From: a virus
Lineage: Duplodnaviria > Caudoviricetes
Virus record (IMG/VR): IMGVR_UViG_3300021255_002694
Direction: 5' to 3' (one strand)
DNA: 64,000 bases
Made by a program: the position numbers and the translations under genes. Within the stretch, counting starts at the first letter, position 1; each line of letters opens with the position of its first letter. The notes beneath the pieces were generated by a model. It did not search any database. It saw only the letters and a list, made by a program, of their open reading frames with translations, and had not been told where the DNA came from. Below, piece after piece: positions 17,968 through 28,054 of the stretch.

Positions 17968-20400
17968 ATGTTTACACCTGATGAAATAGTCAACATGAGT
18001 AAGGATGAGTTTGCAAAGTTGTCTCCTGATAACAAAGAACTTATCCTTAAAATTTTGTCAGAGTTTAAGACAGAAGGAGCATCCCATACATTAAAAGAGT
18101 TATGGGAAGTTGACTATAAAGAAATTCCTGTATCCATAGATGAATTTATAACAAATCCATACTATTTAGGAAATTCGACACGTAATGGAACATCTATTTA
18201 CCCGTATTGGAGAAATAAATACAGAGAAATATTTGATCCGTCTAAGAACTATGAAGAAGTAATACTGACAGGAGCAATCGGTGTTGGTAAAACAAGAACT
18301 GCGGTTGTCTGTCTGTGTTATCTACTCCATAAGTTAATGTGTTTGAAGGACCCACAGGAATACTTTAAGTTTAATGCCGGAGATAAAATAACAATATTCT
18401 TCCTTAACATTACTCTTGCACTTGCAGAGGGTGTTGGTTATGAAACAATGCATGACTATCTAATACATAGCCCTTGGTTTATGGAAAGAGGTACAGTAAC
18501 AGGAAGAAAGAATTTAAGATATAATCCGCCGCATAACATAGCGATCACCTTTGGTTCTAAGGGTGAACATGCTTTAGGTCAGCAAATCTACGCTGCTTTC
18601 ATGGACGAATGTGATTTTAAACAAGGCGGAATAAAAGGAGCATCTGCACTTGATGCATCCAATGCTGTTATGAATGCATACTCAACAATTAAAACTCGTG
18701 TTACTTCTCGTTTTACAAAGAACAATGTTCTATATGGTAAAATGTTCATGGTTTCATCTAAAAGATCAGAGCATGACTTTTTGGAAGCATATGTTGCAAA
18801 GATGAAGAATGAGAAGATGCTTATTGTTGATGAACCTCAGTGGGTAATTAAACCGCAAGGAACATTCGATAGCAGAACATTTCCGGTTGCAGTTGGAAAT
18901 AGATCATTAAAATCAAGAGTTCTTGATGATGATATTTCAGATGAAGAAAAAGAAGCAATTATAAAACAAGGATATAGAATACTTGATGTTCCTCTTAACT
19001 TCAAAGATTATTTCAAACTTGATCTGAATAAGGCACTAATGGATTTAGCTGGTATTTCAGTTGTTGGTGCAGTATCATTCTTTAATTATGACATGTTTTC
19101 AAAGTGTTATATTAAAGACTATAAGAATCCATTTGTATCAGATATTTTGACAATAGGTATACATGATGATCTGAATATAGCAGATTTCTTTGAAATAGAT
19201 AAAATACCAATGCAAGTTAGATACATGCCGCAGTTTATTCACGTTGACGGATCGTTGACAGGAGATAAAACAGGTATTTCGTCTGTTGCTGTTTCAGGTC
19301 TTAAAGAAACACAGCAGTATAACGGTGCAAATGAATTTACATCAACTGAAATGACATATAAACATGTGTTCTCTGTTGATATCGAAGCGCCGCAAGGTTC
19401 TGAAATATCGTTTGAGAAAACAAGAAACTTTATATATTATCTAAAAGCATCCGGATTTAATATAATTGGTGTATCACTTGATGGATTCCAGTCAGCAGAT
19501 ATGAAACAAATGCTACTATCTCAGGGATATAATGCAACAATCATATCTCTTGATAAGTCTCCGCAAGGTTATCTTGCTTTAAGATCAGCTATGAATGACG
19601 GCAGAATCGGTCTTATTCAAATTGATCTACTTGAAAAAGAACTTATCCAATTACAGAGAGATGTTCAAACTGGAAAAATAGATCACCCACCTGACGGATG
19701 TTTTACAGATGATACAGAGATTCTTCTATATGATACTATACACAGTAGAAATACATCAAAAACGATAAAATCACTTTTGAATGCGCCGGATGTTAGAAAT
19801 TATAGTGTAAAAACTGTATCTGAATCAGGTGAAATAGAAATACATAAAATAAAAAGTGTTTTCCATACAAAAGATGTTGATAGATTGTTGTGTTTGACAT
19901 TCTCTGATGGACATACAGTAAAATGTACTCCGGAGCATAAGTTTATGCTTGCAGATAGTACATTTATAGAAGCACAAAATCTGTTTATCGGAATTGATGA
20001 ATTGAAAAGTGTGAAAAGTAAATCTGTATATGTCTATAAGAAAGAGTATATAAATCTATATACTCCTGTTCCGGTGTATGACTTAGAGATTGACACTATT
20101 CATAATTTTCCGTTGCAGAACGGTGTTGTTGTTCACAACTCAAAAGATATGGCTGACTCGCTTGCCGGAGCATTGTTCAATGCATCCATAAATAAGCAGA
20201 GTTTGATTGACAGTAGAGAATTGCTTGAATCGGCACTTGATATAAACAATGAAATTGATCCGAAAGCTGAATTTATGGCGGACATGCAAGAGTCTATGAT
20301 GCAAAGCGGATATAATAGAGATAATATGTCAAAACTTGCATCTGACAGATTAGATGATTTATTGAATGGATATGGTAGTGAAAATATCGTATCGTGGTAA
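17968..20400 (+). CDS. terL: terminase large subunit containing a mini-intein
   Basis: Walker A GAIGVGKT, Walker B AFMDE, nuclease HVDGSLTGD, DGFQS, DHP..SKDMAD. Confidence 0.92.
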   Translation: MFTPDEIVNMSKDEFAKLSPDNKELILKILSEFKTEGASHTLKELWEVDYKEIPVSIDEFITNPYYLGNSTRNGTSIYPYWRNKYREIFDPSKNYEEVILTGAIGVGKTRTAVVCLCYLLHKLMCLKDPQEYFKFNAGDKITIFFLNITLALAEGVGYETMHDYLIHSPWFMERGTVTGRKNLRYNPPHNIAITFGSKGEHALGQQIYAAFMDECDFKQGGIKGASALDASNAVMNAYSTIKTRVTSRFTKNNVLYGKMFMVSSKRSEHDFLEAYVAKMKNEKMLIVDEPQWVIKPQGTFDSRTFPVAVGNRSLKSRVLDDDISDEEKEAIIKQGYRILDVPLNFKDYFKLDLNKALMDLAGISVVGAVSFFNYDMFSKCYIKDYKNPFVSDILTIGIHDDLNIADFFEIDKIPMQVRYMPQFIHVDGSLTGDKTGISSVAVSGLKETQQYNGANEFTSTEMTYKHVFSVDIEAPQGSEISFEKTRNFIYYLKASGFNIIGVSLDGFQSADMKQMLLSQGYNATIISLDKSPQGYLALRSAMNDGRIGLIQIDLLEKELIQLQRDVQTGKIDHPPDGCFTDDTEILLYDTIHSRNTSKTIKSLLNAPDVRNYSVKTVSESGEIEIHKIKSVFHTKDVDRLLCLTFSDGHTVKCTPEHKFMLADSTFIEAQNLFIGIDELKSVKSKSVYVYKKEYINLYTPVPVYDLEIDTIHNFPLQNGVVVHNSKDMADSLAGALFNASINKQSLIDSRELLESALDINNEIDPKAEFMADMQESMMQSGYNRDNMSKLASDRLDDLLNGYGSENIVSW
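19699..20139 (+). mobile_element. 147-aa mini-intein in TerL nuclease domain
   Basis: N-terminal CFTDDT, block B TPEHKF, block F VYDLEI, C-terminal VVHN followed by Ser; no endonuclease. Confidence 0.92.
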
Positions 20401-20415
20401 AAATGAGGTGTAAAA

Positions 20416-22179
20416 ATGGGTAAACTTAGAGATTTGCTAGAAGATGCTCTGCGTATGAAAGTTGTTCCTAATGATAATAAATATGCCGGAGTACCTATTA
20501 CAAGTGATGCAGATGATCTAGCAAATAGACAGATAAAATCTGCTGATTCTGGTTCACTTGTAGATGTTGAAGCAATTACAAAATTTAGAACACTATCTTC
20601 TGATCGTCAAGAGAAATATGCACAATTTGAAGATATGATGAAAGATGCTACTATTGCGGCGGCTATTGAAATGTATGCTGATGATGCAACTCAATATGAT
20701 TATCGTACAGGTAAAGTTATTTGGGCTGAATCAGATGATGCAGATATTGCAAAAGCTGCAAATAGATTGATTGAAGTTTTAGGAATCAATGAAAAAGCAT
20801 GGACTCACATATATGCTCTTTGTACTTATGGAGATGTATATTTGAGACTGTATAGAAAAGGTGATCAGTCTGACTATGCACAGATGTTTGAACAAACTGG
20901 TGGTCAGACAGCGTTAAGAGTTAAAAAAGAAGATTCTTCAAGACCAATAGAAGAATATATAGAATATGTTGATGATCCGGCAACAATGTACGATTTACAA
21001 GAAAGAGATAAAACATCTGGATTTATTAAGATGATAAACACAAGCGATCCAGATGCACAACAGAATTCATATTATTCTCTTGTATCACGTACATTCAATG
21101 TTGGTGATGTGAATTTATATGATAGAAAGAGTTTTGTTCATATCTGTCTTGCCGGAAATATTAGCAGAAATCCTGAACTTGTTGCATTACACGATAATAA
21201 GACAGGCGCAACAACAGTATATAAAGTAAAGACTGGTAAATCAATTCTTGAAGATGCATATGATCCTACACAGACTGTTAAACTATTGGAAGATAGTCTG
21301 CTTCTAAATAGAGTTACAAAATCAGCACTTGTTCGTATTCTTCAAATTGAAACGGGCGATATGCCTAAGACCGAAAGAGAAGCATTCTTGCGTAGAATCA
21401 AAAATATGATTGAGCAGAAAATGGCTCTCAATAAAACAAATGGTGTTGTAGCATCCTACAATTCTCCCGGACCAGTTGAAAATATTGTTTATGTTCCAAC
21501 TAAGGATGGAAAAGGTACTATAACTACTACAAATCTTGGCGGAGATGTAAATATTAAAGATATTGTTGATGTTGATTACTTTAATAATAAGAAACTATCC
21601 GCATTAAAGATACCAAAACAATACTTAAACTATGATGCACCAGAGGGTTTAGGAAACGGAACTTCCTTAACAAAATTAAGTTCTCGTTATGCTCACACAG
21701 TTATGCGTATACAAAATGCATATATTTCAGGCATCACTACGCTGTTGAATTTGTACTTTTTAGACAAAGGTTTAGATTATATAAACAATTTTACATTAAA
21801 AATGGTATCACCAGGAACTATAGAAGATACCGAAAGGGATGAACAATTAGCAAATCGCTTAAATCAGGCTTCGGATATACTTAATATGATTGACGGTAAA
21901 ACCGATGAAAATGGTATATTTGATACTGTTATATGGATACTTGAAAACTTCCTTAATTTAAGTGATATTGCTGAAATACTTAGAAACCATAATGTAACAG
22001 AAGATGAAACAAACAGTTTTGATGTTACATCTGATGATGCTGGTTTCGATGCAATGTCATCTCCTAGCGGTGGTGGAATGGATTTCGGTGGTCCGCCTAG
22101 TATGGGTTCTGATATGGAATTTTCATCTGATTTTTCAGAAGAACCGTCCGCAGAACCAGAGATAACACCGGAAGCATGA
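20416..22179 (+). CDS. portal protein (T4 gp20-like)
   Basis: follows TerL; LLEDSLLLNR, DVDYF..K...ALKIPK motifs. Confidence 0.88.
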   Translation: MGKLRDLLEDALRMKVVPNDNKYAGVPITSDADDLANRQIKSADSGSLVDVEAITKFRTLSSDRQEKYAQFEDMMKDATIAAAIEMYADDATQYDYRTGKVIWAESDDADIAKAANRLIEVLGINEKAWTHIYALCTYGDVYLRLYRKGDQSDYAQMFEQTGGQTALRVKKEDSSRPIEEYIEYVDDPATMYDLQERDKTSGFIKMINTSDPDAQQNSYYSLVSRTFNVGDVNLYDRKSFVHICLAGNISRNPELVALHDNKTGATTVYKVKTGKSILEDAYDPTQTVKLLEDSLLLNRVTKSALVRILQIETGDMPKTEREAFLRRIKNMIEQKMALNKTNGVVASYNSPGPVENIVYVPTKDGKGTITTTNLGGDVNIKDIVDVDYFNNKKLSALKIPKQYLNYDAPEGLGNGTSLTKLSSRYAHTVMRIQNAYISGITTLLNLYFLDKGLDYINNFTLKMVSPGTIEDTERDEQLANRLNQASDILNMIDGKTDENGIFDTVIWILENFLNLSDIAEILRNHNVTEDETNSFDVTSDDAGFDAMSSPSGGGMDFGGPPSMGSDMEFSSDFSEEPSAEPEITPEA

Positions 22180-22205
22180 TGTGATTTTATATCGGAGGAA
22201 AACAG

Positions 22206-22661
22206 ATGCTTGCTACAAGACATGATTGTTACGTTATTCTTTATGAAATACAGAACTCAGGAACAGATGTATCTAGTGAACTAAATGAAGTTATCACTAA
22301 AAACTCTGTTCCTAGAGTTGTTGTTGAAGAACTTATTAAGCGTGAGAATCCAGTTGTTATGTTTTATCTTAATCTAAATAAGAAAGCACATAAACTAATA
22401 AAGGAACTTTTAACATGTGATGGCAAGCCTGTGAGTAACTATATAAAGATTGCATCAAGTTTGATCACACAGGGCGTTATAGCTGTTGAACATGTTTACA
22501 CTGATGATGTTTCAGGTCAAAATGATTTCTTTGAATGTTTGGGGCTAAAGCAATTATCAGAAGGAATTAAAACATATTTCGACACAGGCGATTACAGCAG
22601 TTTAGTTGAAGCTGTTAATCGCAATAAAGAAGATGTTAAATCTCTGCTTGACAGAGAGTAA
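22206..22661 (+). CDS. hypothetical head-module protein
   Basis: GGAGG SD; between portal and protease. Confidence 0.6.
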   Translation: MLATRHDCYVILYEIQNSGTDVSSELNEVITKNSVPRVVVEELIKRENPVVMFYLNLNKKAHKLIKELLTCDGKPVSNYIKIASSLITQGVIAVEHVYTDDVSGQNDFFECLGLKQLSEGIKTYFDTGDYSSLVEAVNRNKEDVKSLLDRE

Positions 22662-22706
22662 CATATATATATATACCATTCTTTTTAGGAAGGAGTTGAA
22701 AAGAAG

Positions 22707-24533
22707 ATGCCACAAGTTCTAATTGAAACTCGAATGAACTCATTGAAGTTGAATGAGAGTAAGGCTCCAAAAAAAGGATGTTTAGGACGCCTAGAAGGTG
22801 TATGTGCAGATTTTAAGAATCCTACACGTAACGGTAGACTTTATCCACTTGAACTCTGGCAGAAAGTTTTTAATGATCCGCTTTTCAAAGAAGCGCTTGC
22901 AAATAAAACTCTGTTCGGAGAACTAGATCATCCAGAGGAAAGATTTGAACCTCTTGTTAAACATGCATGTATAGTCATGACTGATTATACTATTGATGAA
23001 GATAAAGGTCTTATCTATGGTGGATTTGATATTCTTGATACACCTGATGGACGGGTTCTAAGAAATATTCTCGACTATGGAAGCGTTCTCGGAGTTTCTT
23101 CAAGAGGACAGGGAGACATTATTGAATGTGCAGACGGTGAAAGAGTTGATGAAGATTCTTATGATTTTGCATGTTTCGATGTTGTTTCTACTCCGGCAGT
23201 TGAAAAGGCAAGACAAAAAGTTGTTGAGTCTATGAAACGCGAAAAGAAAGAAACATTTAAGGAGTCCATAGAAAGACAGATTGGGGATGCAGATACGGCG
23301 GCTGATTTGAATATTATCAGATCAGTTGTTAAGACATCCGATCTAACAAGTTCTGAAATGAATTCCATTCTGGAATCCATTGAAGATAAATGTAAGTCAC
23401 TTAGCGGTGCGGATGAAACTATCATAGCAGAAAATGTTAGTGACGAAAAGAATGTTACAGATACAAATAGGATTGATGAGTCAATCAAACCAGCTAAAAC
23501 TATTAGGGGTAATGCAAGACTATATAAATGTATCAGTAACATGAGAGAGCAGATTTCAGCTTACAAGCACAGAGAAGCACGATATGTTGAATGCATTGAT
23601 AATCATGTAAATGAGATTCATGACAAAGAATGTGAAATTGATTCACTAAAAGATCAGCTTACTAAATGTAAAGCATCTATTAAATCTCTTAAAACAGAGA
23701 GTGCGAACAAGTCTAAGTCATTTGATAGACGCATTAGCACATTGAAAGAATCCATGCATGAGTCAAGCAAAGCAACACAAGATGCTAAGAAGAAGTTTGA
23801 AAGTGAGACTGCACAGCTTGAAAGAAAGTTAGAGCAAACCACAACCAAACTGACAGAAAGTTCAAATAAGATTAAGTCGCTTGTTAGCGAAAAATCTGAA
23901 TTGCAGAAAGAGAATATGTCTCTTGACGCTAGAAATCAAAAGATAAATTCTGAACTGTCTGAAAAGAAATCCAAGATTGTTGAACTTTCAGAGCAAATCC
24001 AATCCTATAGAGCAGAAATTGAAAAACTAAATTCTGATCTGAAAGAATCACGTAGAGAACATGCATCCGAAATTTCATCTATTGATGGTGAGGTTTCAGA
24101 GTATTCACAGTTACTAAGTGAAGCACAGGAAAAGATCAGTTCTGGAAACAATACAATCGAATCATTGAAAGAATCACTAAGAGATACACAAGATTCACTA
24201 AAACGTGAAAAAGCAACATTATCTGCACTAAGCGAAAACTTAGCAAAGTATCAAAAGTCTTATATTGATAGAGTATCAAAACTTTCAGGTATTGATCCTG
24301 ATAGTATTTACCATACTATATCAGACAAAACAACTCCGAAACAGATTGATTCTATTGTAGAATCTTATCGCAAGAAACTAGATAGATACAATAAGTTAGG
24401 AATTTCCGAAAAAGGCATTGATACTGACAGCAAATATGTAGTTGAAAGTCTTAATACATCTTATGATCCTTATGAGGCAAATGAACAAGATAATCTAATA
24501 TCTTTCTTAACGACAGCTTCTAATTCACTTTAA
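22707..24533 (+). CDS. prohead protease (T4 gp21-like) fused to coiled-coil scaffold
   Basis: NGRLYP, GELDHP, GVSSRGQG, FDVVSTP; long coiled coil with many L/V/I-x-ES sites. Confidence 0.9.
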   Translation: MPQVLIETRMNSLKLNESKAPKKGCLGRLEGVCADFKNPTRNGRLYPLELWQKVFNDPLFKEALANKTLFGELDHPEERFEPLVKHACIVMTDYTIDEDKGLIYGGFDILDTPDGRVLRNILDYGSVLGVSSRGQGDIIECADGERVDEDSYDFACFDVVSTPAVEKARQKVVESMKREKKETFKESIERQIGDADTAADLNIIRSVVKTSDLTSSEMNSILESIEDKCKSLSGADETIIAENVSDEKNVTDTNRIDESIKPAKTIRGNARLYKCISNMREQISAYKHREARYVECIDNHVNEIHDKECEIDSLKDQLTKCKASIKSLKTESANKSKSFDRRISTLKESMHESSKATQDAKKKFESETAQLERKLEQTTTKLTESSNKIKSLVSEKSELQKENMSLDARNQKINSELSEKKSKIVELSEQIQSYRAEIEKLNSDLKESRREHASEISSIDGEVSEYSQLLSEAQEKISSGNNTIESLKESLRDTQDSLKREKATLSALSENLAKYQKSYIDRVSKLSGIDPDSIYHTISDKTTPKQIDSIVESYRKKLDRYNKLGISEKGIDTDSKYVVESLNTSYDPYEANEQDNLISFLTTASNSL

Positions 24534-24577
24534 ATAGTATGTTGAAAAGTAAATAACACAGAAAGGAATGTTATACT

Positions 24578-25933
24578 ATGGCAATGAATACACAGGCTAT
24601 GGTTGAGAGAGTTCTTGCTACTCCAACCACACAGCGTAATCTTAAACTAGCAGAGCGCTATATTCGCGCTGCTGAGTCCGTTCAGAAGGCACAGGGTAAA
24701 ACCCTTAACCTTGAAAAGAAAGTCGCTCTTGCAACTACTCTTGCTAACACCAAGATGATTTGTGAAGCTACTAACTCTAGCAATATTCCAAGCAAGACTT
24801 ACTTCATGGATATGCTTACCGCTGTTGTTCCGAATCTAATTGCTCCGGATATCGTTTCCACTCAGGCTCTTGAGTCTAAGGCTGGCATGATCTCCTATCT
24901 CCGTTTCACCTACGGTTCTGATAAGAGTCCTGTTCAGGCTGGTCAGATGTTCAACAACAGCCTTTACACTGGTCGCTCTGAGGCAACATATTCTTCTCGT
25001 GAGATCGTTGAAGAGCCTATTACCGATGGTGCATCTCTTGATTATGTTCCAATTCTTCCTGGCACAGTAACTATTACTGATTCCAACGGTACATATGTTG
25101 ATAATGGTAATGGTGAATTTACCGAAGTTGCAACAGGTCAGACTAAAACTGGCGCAACTATTAACTATGCAACTGGTGCAGTTAGTGGTTTAGGTCTTAC
25201 CGATGCAACTGCTAACTATGAGTACAACAACGAGCAAGTTCCTGATCTAAAGGTTCCTGAGATCAATATGTCTCTTGCACAGATTCCAATTTTTGCTAAG
25301 TCTCGTAAGCTAGCAGCATATTGGGGCTTTGATGCCGCATATGATCTCCGTCAGCAGTACGGCACTGAGATTCTTGATGTTATGTCCGCACAGGCAGCAG
25401 GAGAGATCGCACATGAAATTGATACGGAAATTGTCATGAAGCTAGTTCAGGGTGCATCCGCAGGTCCAGAGCTTACTTGGTCTAAGGTCGCTCCTGTCGG
25501 CGTTTCTGTTACTGATCACTACGATAGTTTCTGGGTTCGTATTACTGAGGGCGCAAAGATCATCTTCAATGCAACTCAGAGAGTACAGCCTAACTTCATC
25601 GTTTGTGGTTCTAATGTTTCCGCAGTTATCGAGTGCATGAGAAACTTCGACGGTACTGGTGCTACTGATGCAGTTGGTCCTCACTTCTTCGGTACTCTCG
25701 GCGGCAGATATAAGTGCTACGTTGTTCCACTCCTTGATCCAGACGTTTTCGTTCTTGGTTACAAGGGTACAAACTTCCTGGAAACAGGTTTTGTATATGC
25801 ACCTTATATGCCAGTATTAAGCACTGATATCCTTATGCCAGCAGACTTCCGTGGTCAGCAGGGTTACGCTACATCTTACGGTACTAAGATGCTTAACGGT
25901 AAGATGTATCTGAGAGGTAGAATTACTGGTTAA
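24578..25933 (+). CDS. major capsid protein (T4 gp23-like)
   Basis: AKSRKL, EIAHEID, YAPYMP, GYATSYG; predicted maturation site ICE/A. Confidence 0.93.
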   Translation: MAMNTQAMVERVLATPTTQRNLKLAERYIRAAESVQKAQGKTLNLEKKVALATTLANTKMICEATNSSNIPSKTYFMDMLTAVVPNLIAPDIVSTQALESKAGMISYLRFTYGSDKSPVQAGQMFNNSLYTGRSEATYSSREIVEEPITDGASLDYVPILPGTVTITDSNGTYVDNGNGEFTEVATGQTKTGATINYATGAVSGLGLTDATANYEYNNEQVPDLKVPEINMSLAQIPIFAKSRKLAAYWGFDAAYDLRQQYGTEILDVMSAQAAGEIAHEIDTEIVMKLVQGASAGPELTWSKVAPVGVSVTDHYDSFWVRITEGAKIIFNATQRVQPNFIVCGSNVSAVIECMRNFDGTGATDAVGPHFFGTLGGRYKCYVVPLLDPDVFVLGYKGTNFLETGFVYAPYMPVLSTDILMPADFRGQQGYATSYGTKMLNGKMYLRGRITG

Positions 25934-25996
25934 TTTTAACCTCTACTAAAACACCTAATGTGTTTCTTGAAAACTGAATATCTAATATAATCGCTA

Positions 25997-26034
25997 GGTT
26001 ACTGCATTTTAGTTTATACTAATTTGCAGTAACC
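25997..26034. terminator. inverted repeat downstream of capsid gene
   Basis: GGTTACTGCA/TGCAGTAACC. Confidence 0.45.
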
Positions 26035-26082
26035 AATGCGAAAATAAAAGTAAAAATCTAAATATCATTTAGAAAGGATTGA

Positions 26083-26718
26083 ATGATTATGGCATTTACT
26101 ATTACTATTATCAATGGTAATTCTGATCCTACCTTTGTTGGTACTAAGCAGCTAACTCTTGCTGATCTTGCTGTCATTTCTCCTACTGGTATCACAACTC
26201 CACAGACTCCTTATGTTGAGTGGGTTTCCGATACTACTGCACAGCTTGACGGTTCTGTTGCTATTCCGGCTTGGAAGCGTTCTGGCACTCAGTATTTCGT
26301 TCTTCCGGCTTCTTCTAAGGTTGTCTTTACTGTTGAGGACACCTGTGCTGATGAGGCTCTGTTCTATCGTAACATGATTGGCAAGTTCGAGAATGTTACT
26401 ATTACTGTTGCAACTGATCCTGTTACTGAGTATACTATTGACGGTTTTAAGTATGGTTCCGGTGATAACGAGAATAAGGTTGCTGTCGAGGGTACAGCAT
26501 CCGCAACTAAGCCTACTGGTACTGGTCTAGCACTTGTTACTGGTACAGAAACCTATGCATCTAGTGATACATCTATTGTTACTGTTGCAGCAGACGGAAC
26601 AATCACTGGTGTTAAGGCTGGTTCAGCTACAGTTACCTATACTGCAAAGTTCACAATCGAAGGTACTGATTCTGTTATTGAAGCATCCGATTCTGCTAAG
26701 ATCACAGTTACCGCTTAA
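26083..26718 (+). CDS. Ig-like (Big_2) capsid decoration protein
   Basis: YASSDTSIVTVAADGTITGVKAGSATVT. Confidence 0.8.
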   Translation: MIMAFTITIINGNSDPTFVGTKQLTLADLAVISPTGITTPQTPYVEWVSDTTAQLDGSVAIPAWKRSGTQYFVLPASSKVVFTVEDTCADEALFYRNMIGKFENVTITVATDPVTEYTIDGFKYGSGDNENKVAVEGTASATKPTGTGLALVTGTETYASSDTSIVTVAADGTITGVKAGSATVTYTAKFTIEGTDSVIEASDSAKITVTA

Positions 26719-26764
26719 TCAAACAGCTTGATCTAGTCAATAGACTATTTCATATGTGTTTTAT

Positions 26765-26798
26765 AGGGATTGGATGTTCCTCCAGTCCAATCCCTTTT
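26765..26798 (+). terminator. rho-independent terminator
   Basis: AGGGATTGGA/TCCAATCCCT plus TTT. Confidence 0.7.
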
Positions 26799-26838
26799 AA
26801 CACAGTATTTACAACAAGTTAAAAGAGAGGAAATATGA

Positions 26839-27333
26839 ATGAAATTAGCTGTCGTTAATCTTAAAAACATAGATCATACAATTTGCGGCATGGGTGGAAA
26901 GATAACAGTTATACATCCTAATAGCTATCACATCATAGATTCTATTGATAGTGAAAGAGAATATAAAATCTGGTCTACTATGGCAGAAACAACATTGCAA
27001 AAATATGGTCTACGTGTTATTTTAGATGAGCAAGAGATATGTTCGTTAGATTCCGGAATATCTGATACTGCTAATAAGGATGTTTCTATTACAGACGGTT
27101 TTGTTTCTCCGGTTGCTAAAGCTATTGCTGATTCTATTCTTCCGGAACGCAAAGATTCTGGTAAGACAGATGATACGGGATCATTCAAAGAGTCTGATTT
27201 GTTGCAAATGGATAAAGAAGATTTGTTTAACCTTTGTGACAATTTTAATATAAAGTATAAACGGAACAATTCTGTAAAGACCTTGGTGAATCTTCTTATT
27301 GAGAACGGGGTTGGTACGCATGACGTTGGCTGA
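26839..27333 (+). CDS. hypothetical protein with C-terminal helix-extension-helix (Rho_N/SAP-like) motif
   Basis: LLQMDKEDLFNLCDNFNI...VKTLVNLL. Confidence 0.55.
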   Translation: MKLAVVNLKNIDHTICGMGGKITVIHPNSYHIIDSIDSEREYKIWSTMAETTLQKYGLRVILDEQEICSLDSGISDTANKDVSITDGFVSPVAKAIADSILPERKDSGKTDDTGSFKESDLLQMDKEDLFNLCDNFNIKYKRNNSVKTLVNLLIENGVGTHDVG

Positions 27334-28012
27334 ATATACAGATGAAATTCTGTTCTCTTTAGGCGGCGGATATGTTGATGTTGAAATCGAAAAAGACATT
27401 CCAAGGTGTGTCAACAAGGCGTTTAGAGAAGTCAAAGCGTACATTGTAACACCAGCATACATGACTGTTCCATATGGTGCTTCATTAAACGGAGTTGGAA
27501 CAACTATAGATTTATCCGATAAGAATGTATATGATGTTATATGTGTTATGCGACCTGATTCTTATAATAGCATGTCAATGAACACTTTAGATGTTTTTGG
27601 ACTTAACTTAACATACTCAGCGATAACTAATAATGAAGCATATGCAAATAGAATGTTAAGACTTCAACAGATGAATACCATATCTACTGATCTTGATTTT
27701 ATTTGGGATGCACACACTAAACAATTAAGTGTTGTAATGAATCCACCTTTTACAAATCAAGTTACAATAGAATATGTGCCTGACTATAAAGATGTTGAAG
27801 AAATAACAGAAGTATTTTGGCAAGATATTATTTTAAGACTTGCTACAGCATATGCAAAACAGGTAATTGGTCGTATTCGGAGTAAATATACATTAAATTC
27901 TTCTACGTATACACTCGATGGAGAAAGAATGCTAGAAGAAGCTAATGCAGAGATTGCGGATATTAAACAGAAATTGATTGATAATCACGATCTCATGATG
28001 CCGATTGACTAA
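27320..28012 (+). CDS. neck/head completion protein (T4 gp13-like)
   Basis: LGGGYVDVE; AKQVIGRIRSKY...LDGERMLEEA. Confidence 0.75.
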   Translation: MTLAEYTDEILFSLGGGYVDVEIEKDIPRCVNKAFREVKAYIVTPAYMTVPYGASLNGVGTTIDLSDKNVYDVICVMRPDSYNSMSMNTLDVFGLNLTYSAITNNEAYANRMLRLQQMNTISTDLDFIWDAHTKQLSVVMNPPFTNQVTIEYVPDYKDVEEITEVFWQDIILRLATAYAKQVIGRIRSKYTLNSSTYTLDGERMLEEANAEIADIKQKLIDNHDLMMPID

Positions 28013-28054
28013 TAATAAAACTTAAAAAACATATCAAAGAGAGGAAGTATTATA

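Noticed and set aside
19699-20139. Homing endonuclease within the intein
   Set aside because: Only 147 aa, with no LAGLIDADG or HNH motifs
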